Source: an uncultured Flavobacteriaceae bacterium
GTDB lineage: Bacteria > Bacteroidota > Bacteroidia > Flavobacteriales > Flavobacteriaceae
Length of the DNA stretch: 64,000 nucleotides
Direction of reading: 5' to 3'
Assembly (NCBI GenBank): GCA_938029725.1
Contig: CALHGE010000027.1
Coordinates: 8,592 to 72,591, forward strand
Part shown: positions 28,608 through 37,833 of the stretch, piece after piece
Numbering within the stretch: position 1 is the stretch's first letter
Layout: every line of letters begins with the position of its first letter
Notes under the pieces: generated by a model
Databases searched by the model: none
Told to the model about the DNA's origin: nothing
Seen by the model: only the letters and a program-made list of their open reading frames with translations
Program-made: the position numbers and the translations under genes

Positions 28608-30797
28608 TTATTCGTGCTTTCCAATAAGGGCAAAATCTAGATGACGTTTTACTAAATCTGTATTCTTAACCATGACTACAACTTCGTCTCCTAATTGATA
28701 TGATTTCTTGGTACGTTCACCGTGAATTGCATATTCTTTCTCATCAAATATATAATAATCCCCTTTTATATCGCTAATACGTATCATGCCTTCGCACTTA
28801 TTTTCTATAATTTCCACATAAATACCCCATTCAGTAACTCCTGAAATTACACCAATGAATTCTTGATCTTGATGATCTTGCATGAACTTAATTTGCATAT
28901 ACTTTATAGAATCACGTTCTGCGCTTGAGGCTAAATATTCCATATCTGAAGAATGTTTACACTTTTCCTCATAGATCTCAGCTTTTGGTGAAACACCACC
29001 ATCTAAATAATGCTGTAATAAACGATGTACCATAACATCTGGATATCGACGAATTGGAGATGTAAAATGAGAGTAATAATCGAAAGCTAAACCGTAGTGA
29101 CCAATATTATTAGTAGTGTAAATTGCTTTACTCATACTACGTATTGCTAATGTATCTACTAAATTCTGTTCTTTTTTACCTTTTACATCTGCGAGAAGCT
29201 TATTTAAAGAAGCACTAATAGATTTTTTATCCTTAAAGTCTAAACTATGACCAAAACGAGAAACAATACCATTAAGGGCTATTAATTTATCTTCATTCGG
29301 ATTATCATGTATGCGATAAATAAAAGGTTTCGTAGGTTTTTGTTTTCCAATAAACTGTGCTACTTTTCTATTCGCTAATAACATGAATTCTTCAATCAGT
29401 TTATTTGCGTCTTTTCCTTCTTTAAAATATACACTAACGGGTTCGCTCTTTTCATTTAAATTAAACCTCACTTCTACTTTATCAAAAGAAAGCGCTCCTT
29501 CTTGCATACGTGCAGCACGCATAATTTTAGCTAATCTATCTAAAGTTAAAGTTGCATCTACAAGCTCTTTTTGAACAGTATATGCAGCGTCTCTAATCGA
29601 TATATCTTCTGGAATATTTCCATTTCCATTTTCAATAATATATTGTGCTTCTTCGTATGCAAATCGTTCATCTGAATTGATTACCGTACGCCCAAACCAT
29701 TCGCTTTTGATAGCCGCTTTATCATCTAATTCAAAAATAGCTGAGAATGTATATTTTTCTTCATTTGGTCTTAGTGAACATGTATTGTTTGATAAAACTT
29801 CAGGAAGCATTGGTACCACTCTATCTACTAAATAAACCGATGTTGCTCTACTATATGCCTCATCATCTAAAACCGTACCTTCTTTTAAATAATGGGAAAC
29901 ATCAGCAATGTGAATTCCAATTTCATAATTTCCATTTTCTAATACTTTAAAAGAAAGGGCATCATCAAAATCTTTTGCGTCTTTTGGATCAATAGTATAG
30001 GTTAGCGTATCTCGCATGTCCCTACGTTTTGCAATTTCTTCTGGTTTAATAGAAGTGTCTAATTGGTCTGCATAATGCTCTACTTCCTCAGGAAACGAGT
30101 ATGGTAATCCATATTCTGCTAAAATCGAATGTATTTCCGTATCATGTTCACCTGGCTTTCCTAAAACTTCAGTAACTTTCCCGAAAGGAGAATCTGCCTT
30201 GTCAGGCCATTCTGTTACTTCTACGATGACTTTATCACCATCATTTGCTTTTCCTAATTTATCTTTTGATACAAAAATATCAGTGTACATTCTAAAATCT
30301 GTTGGACGTATAAATGCAAAAGTTTTTTGCATATCTACAATTCCAACAAACTCCATTTTTTTACGTTCAACTACTTTTGTAATCTCCCCTTCCAGTTTTT
30401 TCCCTTTTCTTCTCGGAAAAATATATACTTCCACAGTATCCTTATGAAACGCTTTTTTTAATTTGTTAAAAGGAACAAATACATCGTCATCCATACCTTC
30501 AATAACAATATATGCATTACCCCTACCGGTAATATCAACCGTACCTGTGTGGTAGCTTTTTGTGGAAGCAATAGCTTTATAATGACCTCTACTTTCTTCG
30601 GTAATACGTTTTGTTTCTTTTAATTGCACCAAGCGCTGTATAAGCATATTTCGCTCATGTGCATCTGTAACACCTATCTTAGCTGCGATCGCTTTGTAAT
30701 CAAAACTTTTATCTTGCTCTTTCTCTAGTACCGTAAAGATACCTTTGGTAATTTCGTTTTTTCTATGGTTTTTTGCCTGTTTATTCTTTTTCGACAT
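28608..30797 (-). CDS. rnr: ribonuclease R
   Basis: 729 aa. Basic N-terminus, cold-shock-like region, RNB catalytic core (...TIDPKDAKDFDDALS..., ...HYGLAFDYYSHFTSPIRRYPD...) and a C-terminal S1 domain. Confidence 0.93.
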   Translation of the reverse strand: MSKKNKQAKNHRKNEITKGIFTVLEKEQDKSFDYKAIAAKIGVTDAHERNMLIQRLVQLKETKRITEESRGHYKAIASTKSYHTGTVDITGRGNAYIVIEGMDDDVFVPFNKLKKAFHKDTVEVYIFPRRKGKKLEGEITKVVERKKMEFVGIVDMQKTFAFIRPTDFRMYTDIFVSKDKLGKANDGDKVIVEVTEWPDKADSPFGKVTEVLGKPGEHDTEIHSILAEYGLPYSFPEEVEHYADQLDTSIKPEEIAKRRDMRDTLTYTIDPKDAKDFDDALSFKVLENGNYEIGIHIADVSHYLKEGTVLDDEAYSRATSVYLVDRVVPMLPEVLSNNTCSLRPNEEKYTFSAIFELDDKAAIKSEWFGRTVINSDERFAYEEAQYIIENGNGNIPEDISIRDAAYTVQKELVDATLTLDRLAKIMRAARMQEGALSFDKVEVRFNLNEKSEPVSVYFKEGKDANKLIEEFMLLANRKVAQFIGKQKPTKPFIYRIHDNPNEDKLIALNGIVSRFGHSLDFKDKKSISASLNKLLADVKGKKEQNLVDTLAIRSMSKAIYTTNNIGHYGLAFDYYSHFTSPIRRYPDVMVHRLLQHYLDGGVSPKAEIYEEKCKHSSDMEYLASSAERDSIKYMQIKFMQDHQDQEFIGVISGVTEWGIYVEIIENKCEGMIRISDIKGDYYIFDEKEYAIHGERTKKSYQLGDEVVVMVKNTDLVKRHLDFALIGKHE

Positions 30798-31418
30798 TAA
30801 ATTCTTTCTTAATTAATATGTGGAAATTACAATTTTAATCCCACTAGATTTTTTTGATACGTGTTGGATAACTTTAGTTTTAGCTAAATCAATGTTATCA
30901 ACATATATATCATTATATGTTTTTGTTTTTTTAAATTTAAAATAAAAATGGTGGTTATTATAGGATGTTAATAGGGAAGATAAAAAACTCAAAGAAAGTT
31001 TGCTTTGAACCGTTTTTAAAATTTATTCACATTCTGTACAACTTAAACTCTTTTAGTAATCAGTTGTTTAACATTCTTATCAACCTATCTTCATAAGTGA
31101 TATCAACACAAAATTCATAATAAGTAATTACAAAGGTAGTGTTAACTTCTCAATCTAAAAGTCTGATAACTTTGTCTTATATTCTGAGAAGTAAATTGTG
31201 GATTATACGAAAAGTTTTGTAAGCAAATATTCAAACGATTTTACAAAACTTTAAAGTCTGTTTTTATTGTAAGGTTATCAACAATTTAAATAGGGTTTCT
31301 AAACAACAAATGAACAACTGTAAATCCTTAAATTGAAATAAGTGTTGTGAAGGTATGAATAGTTGTTGTGAACAGCATGTATTTGTACATTTGTAACACT
31401 AACCTAACATTATATATC
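30798..31418. other. AT-rich divergent intergenic region with clustered DnaA-box-like TTATC(A/C)AC repeats (weak oriC candidate or shared operator region)
   Basis: TTATTCACA at 31023-31031 fits TTATNCACA exactly. TTATCAACA occurs at 30895-30903 and 31275-31283, and TGTGGATTA at 31197-31205 (one mismatch each). TTATCAACC is at 31076-31084 and TATCAACA at ~31110. GATAACTTT occurs twice (30866-30874, 31165-31173). A nearly pure A/T stretch spans 30901-30950. Confidence 0.3.
31363..31393 (+). promoter_or_regulatory. Putative Bacteroidota promoter of rpiB (-33 TTG and -7 TACATTTG)
   Basis: TACATTTG at 31386-31393 matches TAnnTTTG and sits 26 nt upstream of the ATG at 31419. TTGTTG at 31363-31368 could provide the -33 TTG. 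Confidence 0.4.
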
Positions 31419-31850
31419 ATGAAAATAGCAATAGGAAATGATCATGCAGGCACAGAGTATAAACTTGCCATTATTGGATTATTAAAATCAAAGAATATTG
31501 AAGTCATTAATTATGGTACAGATGGTAGTGATAGTGTGGATTATCCTGATTTTGTTCATCCTGTAGCTACTGATGTAGCAGAAGAAAAAGTTGACTTAGG
31601 AATTATTATATGTGGAAGTGGTAATGGCGCGTCAATGACAGCTAATAAACATCAAAAAGTACGCTGTGCTTTATGTTGGACAAAAGAAATTGTTCAACTA
31701 GCAAGAGAACATAACGGCGCTAATATTTTAAGTCTTCCAGCAAGATTTATTTCTTTACCACAAGCTTTAGAAATGGTAAATATGTTTTTAGATACTGAAT
31801 TTGAAGGAGGAAGACACGAGCGTCGTATTGAGAAAATACCTTGCTCTTAA
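31419..31850 (+). CDS. rpiB: ribose-5-phosphate isomerase B
   Basis: MKIAIGNDHAGTEYK...IICGSGNGASMTANKH..VRCAL is the canonical RpiB/LacAB pattern. The ORF-track start at 31368 adds 17 implausible residues, so I use the ATG at 31419. Confidence 0.9.
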   Translation: MKIAIGNDHAGTEYKLAIIGLLKSKNIEVINYGTDGSDSVDYPDFVHPVATDVAEEKVDLGIIICGSGNGASMTANKHQKVRCALCWTKEIVQLAREHNGANILSLPARFISLPQALEMVNMFLDTEFEGGRHERRIEKIPCS

Positions 31851-31970
31851 AAAAGAATAAAGAATATAAGCAACAAGAACTAAGGCTATTTTTAGTCTTT
31901 GTTCTTGTTGTCTTGTAGTTTAATATCTTTTCCGAATGGTTCATAAATAGATAACGTTTAGTTTAATACG

Positions 31971-32879
31971 ATGAGCCATACTCATTCACATCACCAACAT
32001 CTTGATTTAAAAGGAAGGAATTTAATTATTTCTATTCTTCTAAATATTCTAATTACCATAGCACAAGTAATAGGTGGTTTAATCTCAGGCAGTCTTTCTT
32101 TACTTTCTGATGCGCTGCATAATTTTAGCGATGTACTTTCTTTGATCGTTAGCTATAGTGCTAATCTCCTCACAAAAAGACCTTCTTCTACTAATAAAAC
32201 ATTTGGATATAAGCGTGCTGAAATTATTGCTGCTTTTGTCAATGCCTCTACTTTAATTATAGTTGCAATTATTTTAATTATTGAAGCAATTGAACGTTTT
32301 CAGAATCCACAACCAGTGGAATCTAACCTAGTGATTTGGTTGTCTTTATTAGGAATTGCCGTAAACGGATTCAGTGTTCTCCTTCTTAAAAAAGATGCGG
32401 ACAATAATATGAATATGAAATCAGCCTATTTGCATTTATTTACAGACATGCTTGCATCGGTTGCGGTTTTAATCGGAGGAATACTCATGCAATTCTATAA
32501 AATCTATTGGGTAGACCCAGCGTTGACGTTAGCAATTGCTTTGTATTTGATTTATATGGGATATGATTTACTCAAACAATCTACCCGCGTACTAATGTTA
32601 TTTACTCCTGAATCAATTAAAGTACAAGAAATCGTAGAAGCTATAGGAAAAATTGAACCCATAAAAAACGTACACCACGTACATGTATGGCAATTGAATG
32701 AAGACGAAGTGCACTTAGAAGCTCATATCGATTTTAATGAAGATATTCGCTTATCAGAATTTGATGTGATTCTTGAAAAAATAGAAGAAGAAGTATATCA
32801 TAATCACGGTATCAACCATGTTAATATTCAGCCCGAATTTGGAAAATGTGATAGCAAACAAGTAATTGTACAAGACTAG
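31971..32879 (+). CDS. cation diffusion facilitator (CDF) family metal efflux transporter (CzcD/ZitB-like)
   Basis: 302 aa. His-rich N-terminus (SHTHSHHQH), six TM segments, ...LLSDALHNFSD... and ...HLFTDMLAS... metal-site motifs, and a C-terminal cytoplasmic domain. Confidence 0.9.
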   Translation: MSHTHSHHQHLDLKGRNLIISILLNILITIAQVIGGLISGSLSLLSDALHNFSDVLSLIVSYSANLLTKRPSSTNKTFGYKRAEIIAAFVNASTLIIVAIILIIEAIERFQNPQPVESNLVIWLSLLGIAVNGFSVLLLKKDADNNMNMKSAYLHLFTDMLASVAVLIGGILMQFYKIYWVDPALTLAIALYLIYMGYDLLKQSTRVLMLFTPESIKVQEIVEAIGKIEPIKNVHHVHVWQLNEDEVHLEAHIDFNEDIRLSEFDVILEKIEEEVYHNHGINHVNIQPEFGKCDSKQVIVQD

Positions 32880-32898
32880 CGAAAAAGAGAAAAGACCA

Positions 32899-33342
32899 AT
32901 GTTAGAAACAGTAGTAAAAAATTTCACCGAATTAAACACAACTGAGCTGTATGACCTTTTACAATTACGTTCAGAAATTTTTGTAGTCGAACAAGATTGT
33001 GTTTACCAAGATCTTGATGGTAAAGACCAAAAAGCGCTCCATGTTATCGGTAAGAAAAATGATAAAATTGTAGCTTATACTAGAATTTTTAAAGCTGGTG
33101 ATTATATGGAGCACGCATGTATCGGAAGAGTTGTGGTAAAAAATAATGAACGCAAACACGGCTATGGCCTTGAAATTATGAAAGCCACTATCAATGCTAT
33201 TGAACAACAACTAGGAGAAAATACAATTGCCTTATCAGCACAAACGTATTTGAAACGGTTTTATAATTCATTAGGCTTTCAAGAAGAGGGTGCTGCCTAT
33301 TTGGAAGATGGAATTTCACATGTTCTGATGGTGAGAAACTAA
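32899..33342 (+). CDS. GNAT-family N-acetyltransferase (ElaA-like)
   Basis: MLETVVKNFTELNTTELYDLLQLRSEIFVVEQDCVYQDLDGKDQ.ALHV... is the ElaA-type pattern. The ATG at 32899 avoids overlap with the CDF gene. Confidence 0.8.
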   Translation: MLETVVKNFTELNTTELYDLLQLRSEIFVVEQDCVYQDLDGKDQKALHVIGKKNDKIVAYTRIFKAGDYMEHACIGRVVVKNNERKHGYGLEIMKATINAIEQQLGENTIALSAQTYLKRFYNSLGFQEEGAAYLEDGISHVLMVRN

Positions 33343-33489
33343 AAAGTGCCCCAAAAACATCTTAACGAGTACGGTAAAGGGGTTTGTTTGTTTTGTCTTA
33401 ACAAGAAACAGATTCATTCACATCTCGCAAGTATAGAAAAACCCAATAAACTACTCCGATGGCTCCGTTTTGATGTGGCTCATACATCT

Positions 33490-34437
33490 TTAGTGTATTA
33501 AAAAATCAAGTACAGGCGCCAGGCTTTCAATGGGGTTTTCTTCCATTGGTGTATGCCCGGTATCGTTTAATATGACTAAGGTATTATCTGGCAAAGCAGC
33601 CTGAAATTTATAGGCATTAACTACCGGTATCAGTAAATCATTAGCTCCCCAGAGTATGAGCGTTGGTTGTTGAATATCTTTAATTTTTTGATGAGTACTG
33701 TCTACCACTGAACTTCCTAACCGGTCTATAAAGGCTTGTCGATTGCCTTCTCTTAATGAGAGTTTAAAGTACCTTTCGACTACCGTATCTGTTACTTTTG
33801 AGGTATCAAAATATACATTTTCAACACTAGCTCTCACAAAAAACTTTGGTGTAATATAGGTAAGAAGCTTATTAAGTATCGGAATTTTAGCCAGCTTAAA
33901 AGCGATTGGTTGGCTTTGTGATTTATTGGGGTATCCGGCAGCATCAATTAAAATTAGTTTTTCAACCCTATTTGGTTGCGCTAAGCTAAAGTTCCAAGCT
34001 ATTTGTCCTCCTAAAGAATTGCCAGCTAAAACACATTTTTTAATCCCTAAAGCGGTCAAAAAATCTCTTAGGAAACTCGTATAATGCGCCATCGAATAGT
34101 TGGAGTGAGAAAACGGCCCGGTCAAACCATATGCGGGAAGATCCATTCGAACAACGCGGTGTTTGTTTTTTAAATTATCAGCCCATACATCAAATGTATG
34201 TAAGCTAGATCCTGTGCCGTGAATGAGTACGATTGGAATCGTATCAGCTTGATTTCCTTCATCTCGAAAATGAACATCTATTCCATTTACCAGGATGAAT
34301 GAAGAAGCTGAATTAGCATACTTTCCTTTTAATTCATGCAGTGGTATATCTTGATAACCAAACAAGAGAATCACAGCTAAACTAAGTAGAATCAAGAAGG
34401 CTAAAACAATTTTCATTCCTTTAGTTACATGGTTCAT
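33490..34437 (-). CDS. alpha/beta-fold hydrolase
   Basis: 315 aa. N-terminal TM/signal segment, HGTGSS oxyanion region, GNSLGG nucleophile elbow, and GH near the C-terminus. The start overlaps the upstream gene stop by 4 nt (ATGA). Confidence 0.85.
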   Translation of the reverse strand: MNHVTKGMKIVLAFLILLSLAVILLFGYQDIPLHELKGKYANSASSFILVNGIDVHFRDEGNQADTIPIVLIHGTGSSLHTFDVWADNLKNKHRVVRMDLPAYGLTGPFSHSNYSMAHYTSFLRDFLTALGIKKCVLAGNSLGGQIAWNFSLAQPNRVEKLILIDAAGYPNKSQSQPIAFKLAKIPILNKLLTYITPKFFVRASVENVYFDTSKVTDTVVERYFKLSLREGNRQAFIDRLGSSVVDSTHQKIKDIQQPTLILWGANDLLIPVVNAYKFQAALPDNTLVILNDTGHTPMEENPIESLAPVLDFLIH

Positions 34438-36005
34438 TGGCTAAATTCATTTTTAAAAGGTATTTGAGCCATCGCTCGTTCTGCAATTGCTGTTATTGAC
34501 AAGGAGGGGTTTACTCCAGGATTTGCAGAAATCATAGCGCCGTCGATAACGTATAGATTTCTATAGTTAAAAATTATATTGTCTTTATCGATTACGCCGG
34601 TAGTTTTGTCTTTTCCCATAACCGCACCGCCTAATATATGTGCCGTAGAGGGTATGCCTGCTAATGTTTCTGCCGCAAACGAAGTACTTACTCCGTTTAT
34701 GGCTTCGCGATAAGCCTTTACTAAGTGTATCGATTCTGGTATGAATGGCGTGGGCGCCTTACCTGTGCTTACCGTTGAGGTCATTAATCCAAAAGCGTTT
34801 CGTTTAAATTTTAAGGTACTATCAAGGGTTTGCATAAAAAGGAGAACTACCGTGTTCTTTGCCCAACCGTTAACAAAGTAGATTTTGAAATAATCAACAG
34901 GATGTTTTATCAATTTCAGCAGTATTTTAAAAAGACGCGATATAACATTAGATCCGGTTACATAGGGTAAGTGCACCAGTTTCCATGCATCAGACCCTTC
35001 GCCATATCTACAAATTTCGAGATGGCTGTTTTCATCTGTGTCGAGTATGCTTCCTATAGCAATACCTTTCGAATAGTTTTTATCTTTTTCTAAGCCCGTA
35101 ACGCTCACCAAGGTTTCATTATTACTACGGATGTCTTCTCCTAGTTTATCAGATAAATTAGGCAATGATTTCTTTTTAAGCTTGAGTAACAGTTTTAAGG
35201 TTCCCAACACTCCCCCTGAGAAAATAACCCCTTTGGTCCTAATTTTTTTGCGCTTTTTAAAAATTTTAGTGCTGCTTTTAAACGAAACTTCATAGCCCTT
35301 AGAGCCGTCTGCAGCATCAATAGGCTGTACGTCAATCACTTCATTTTCGGCGAGTATTTTGGCTCCATTCTTTTGAGCGAGGTAGAGATAGTTTTTGTCG
35401 AGTGTGTTTTTCGCATTATGCCTACAGCCCGTCATACAGGCCCCGCAAAAATTACAACCCGTACGGTCTGGCCCCTCGCCATCAAAATAGGGATCTTTCT
35501 GCTTTTTATTAGGTGTTCCGAAAAAGACAGCGACACGTGTTGCGGCAAATTTTTCTTTAATATTTAAGCTTTCTGATATTTTTTTAAGACCTAAATCAGC
35601 ATCAAACAATTCTGGGTTTTTTGAGGCTCCTAGCATTCGCAATGCTTCTTCGTAATAGGGTTTCAATTCCTTTTCCCAATCATTCAAATCCTTCCAGCTT
35701 CCGGAATTGAAAAAAGCAGTTTTAGGAGTAGGTAAGGTGTTGGCATAAACCAAAGAACCACCACCAACCCCAGTACCTGATAGTATGGCAATATGCTTGA
35801 AGAGTGTTAATTTCATGATACCGAAGAAACGCAAGCCTGGTATCCAAAGCCATTTTCTAAAGTTCCAGTTTGTTTTTGGGAAATCTTTAGCCTTGAACCA
35901 CTTTCCTTTTTCAATCACCAAAACCTTGTACCCTTTTTTAGATAAGCGCAAAGCACTAACCGAGCCTCCAAAGCCACTACCAACTATAATATAATCGTAC
36001 TCCAT
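34434..36005 (-). CDS. GMC-family FAD-dependent oxidoreductase (cholesterol-oxidase-like)
   Basis: 523 aa. YDYIIVGSGFGGSV dinucleotide-binding motif at the N-terminus and a GMC-type C-terminal region (...NLYVIDGAMISANPGVNPSLSITAIAERA). Confidence 0.85.
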   Translation of the reverse strand: MEYDYIIVGSGFGGSVSALRLSKKGYKVLVIEKGKWFKAKDFPKTNWNFRKWLWIPGLRFFGIMKLTLFKHIAILSGTGVGGGSLVYANTLPTPKTAFFNSGSWKDLNDWEKELKPYYEEALRMLGASKNPELFDADLGLKKISESLNIKEKFAATRVAVFFGTPNKKQKDPYFDGEGPDRTGCNFCGACMTGCRHNAKNTLDKNYLYLAQKNGAKILAENEVIDVQPIDAADGSKGYEVSFKSSTKIFKKRKKIRTKGVIFSGGVLGTLKLLLKLKKKSLPNLSDKLGEDIRSNNETLVSVTGLEKDKNYSKGIAIGSILDTDENSHLEICRYGEGSDAWKLVHLPYVTGSNVISRLFKILLKLIKHPVDYFKIYFVNGWAKNTVVLLFMQTLDSTLKFKRNAFGLMTSTVSTGKAPTPFIPESIHLVKAYREAINGVSTSFAAETLAGIPSTAHILGGAVMGKDKTTGVIDKDNIIFNYRNLYVIDGAMISANPGVNPSLSITAIAERAMAQIPFKNEFSQ

Positions 36006-36554
36006 TTTTTTATCATAAGAACCCCTTGTATAAAACGAACTGGGTATTTTCGTTAATGTTCGCTTCCATTTGATTGTATGGCCATTAAATATACTTGAAT
36101 TTTAGAATTGATTTGCTACAGATAGCTATTTAAAATCTTTTGCCTGTTGGCAATTGGCAAGAGCCATCTGGCATAACAAATTCGTAGTAAGACCATTAAC
36201 CTAAAGTTGATGTATCTTGATTTGAGCATGAAATAGAGCAGCCTAAAGCACCTTTTTGAGAGGCAATAGCGCTGTTTTTTGAATAGGAACACGGTGTGGG
36301 GTTCAAATTGACGTACCGACTCATTGGTTGGTATGTAATTAACAAAAAGACATGTAAAAACAGCAAACTACTTTTACATATGAGTTTTTATCGATGAACG
36401 ACATGTTTTATTAATCTCGGTTGGGCTTACTTACCGCGCTATAGACCACCTGGTTTGTTAAAACGAATGTGCCACTTCTTCAATTTGTATTTAAAAGGAA
36501 ATAAAACCCCAAAAAAGAAGTAATTTTCCATAAGAAAACAGATAATCGAGAACC

Positions 36555-37739
36555 ATGGAACAGAGAAACCTACTCCTAAGCGCCCTTGCATTTTTAGTGC
36601 TTGTGACCTGTGCTGAAACACCAACAGAAGAACCTCTTTTAGCGGCCGAGATACAGGAAATAAAAACAGCATACGCTCCTGATAAACGGGTCGCTCTTTT
36701 TGACATTTTTGCTGAGCAGAAAGGAGACGCGATCGTGTTGAAAGGCGAAAGTAATCTCCCCGATGCGGTAAATGCTTTCATGGAAAAATTAAACCAGGAT
36801 AATATTTCATTTATAGATAGTATTCAATTATTACCCTCCAAAGAAATACGAGCAACAACAAATGCTGTAATTAATATTTCGGTTGCAAACTTACGCAGTA
36901 AGCCCAAACATTCTGCAGAACTAGCGACGCAAGCTACTTTGGGTACCCCAGTGAAAGTTTTAAAAAAGGAGGGTGGCTGGTATTATATTCAAACGCCCGA
37001 TAAATACTTGTCTTGGGTTGATGAGGGAGGAATTACTTTGATGGGTAATCAGCGTTTTAAGGAATGGAAATCTTCTGCTAAGATTATTTATACGAAAACC
37101 TACGGCCAAGCCTATGCTACAGGAAGTGAAAAGGCTTTTGTTTCCGATTTGGTAGCGGGTGATATTCTTGAATTTGTAAAATTGTCGAATGATCATTTTG
37201 CTGTAACGTACCCTGATAAACGTATCGCTTTAGTGAGGACTAATGAGGCAGAAAGTTATTTTGGATGGATTAATGACATGAATGCTACACAAGATGATTT
37301 AGTGGCCACTTCGAAAGAAATGATGGGCGTACCGTATTTGTGGGGGGGTACTTCCACCAAAGGAATGGACTGCAGTGGCTTTACAAAAACGATCTACTTC
37401 TTAAATGGAATGGTGATTCCAAGAGACGCTTCGCAGCAAGTCCATACCGGAAAGCAAATCGACAAAGACCGCAAGTTCGAAAACTTAGAGAAGGGTGATT
37501 TACTGTTCTTTGGAAAAAAAGCAAGCGATACCACTAAAGAAAGGGTGGTTCATGTCGGAATGTGGATTGGTAATAACGAATTCATTCACGCCTCTAACAT
37601 GGTTCGTGTAAGTAGTATAGACCGAAACGCGGAGAATTTTGACGAATACAACTTGAATCGGTATTTGCGTGCGAAACGAATTTTAAAAGAGCAAGATAAA
37701 GACTTGATTGATTTAAAACAGACTTCGGTTTTCAAGTAA
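36555..37739 (+). CDS. NlpC/P60 (C40) family peptidoglycan peptidase with SH3-like domains, lipoprotein
   Basis: 394 aa. Signal/lipobox ...LVLVTC, SH3b-like segments, and a catalytic Cys context GGTSTKGMDCSGFTKTIY with downstream ...HVGMWIGNNEFIHAS. Confidence 0.85.
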   Translation: MEQRNLLLSALAFLVLVTCAETPTEEPLLAAEIQEIKTAYAPDKRVALFDIFAEQKGDAIVLKGESNLPDAVNAFMEKLNQDNISFIDSIQLLPSKEIRATTNAVINISVANLRSKPKHSAELATQATLGTPVKVLKKEGGWYYIQTPDKYLSWVDEGGITLMGNQRFKEWKSSAKIIYTKTYGQAYATGSEKAFVSDLVAGDILEFVKLSNDHFAVTYPDKRIALVRTNEAESYFGWINDMNATQDDLVATSKEMMGVPYLWGGTSTKGMDCSGFTKTIYFLNGMVIPRDASQQVHTGKQIDKDRKFENLEKGDLLFFGKKASDTTKERVVHVGMWIGNNEFIHASNMVRVSSIDRNAENFDEYNLNRYLRAKRILKEQDKDLIDLKQTSVFK

Positions 37740-37833
37740 TTGCTTTTGCGCCTACAGGTTTGACCTATTTTAATCAGAAAGGGCTTTTCACCTCAGTGCT
37801 AAAGAAGGGTAGTTAGCTATAAAAAGTATTTCA

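Noticed and set aside
36140-36170. TTGCC-N4-GGCAA palindrome and tandem TGGCAAT/TGGCAAG, considered as a sigma-54 (-24/-12) promoter.
   Set aside because: On neither strand do the GG and GC elements have the canonical spacing (TGGCAC-N5-TTGC). It may be an operator-like palindrome, but I cannot support a specific call.
36006-36554. The 550-nt intergenic region upstream of the NlpC/P60 gene was examined for RNase P RNA, SRP RNA, tmRNA or riboswitch signatures. The other large gaps were checked the same way.
   Set aside because: None of the conserved cores I know (for example the GGAAAGTCC-type P4 of RNase P RNA, the tRNA-like end of tmRNA, or the SRP domain IV motif) is present. There is only a generic hairpin, ATGTAAAA...TTTTACAT, at ~36351-36380.
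36439-36781. Two overlapping minus-strand ORFs (77 and 96 aa) across the start of the NlpC/P60 gene.
   Set aside because: They overlap each other and the well-supported plus-strand peptidase gene. Their translations are not protein-like.
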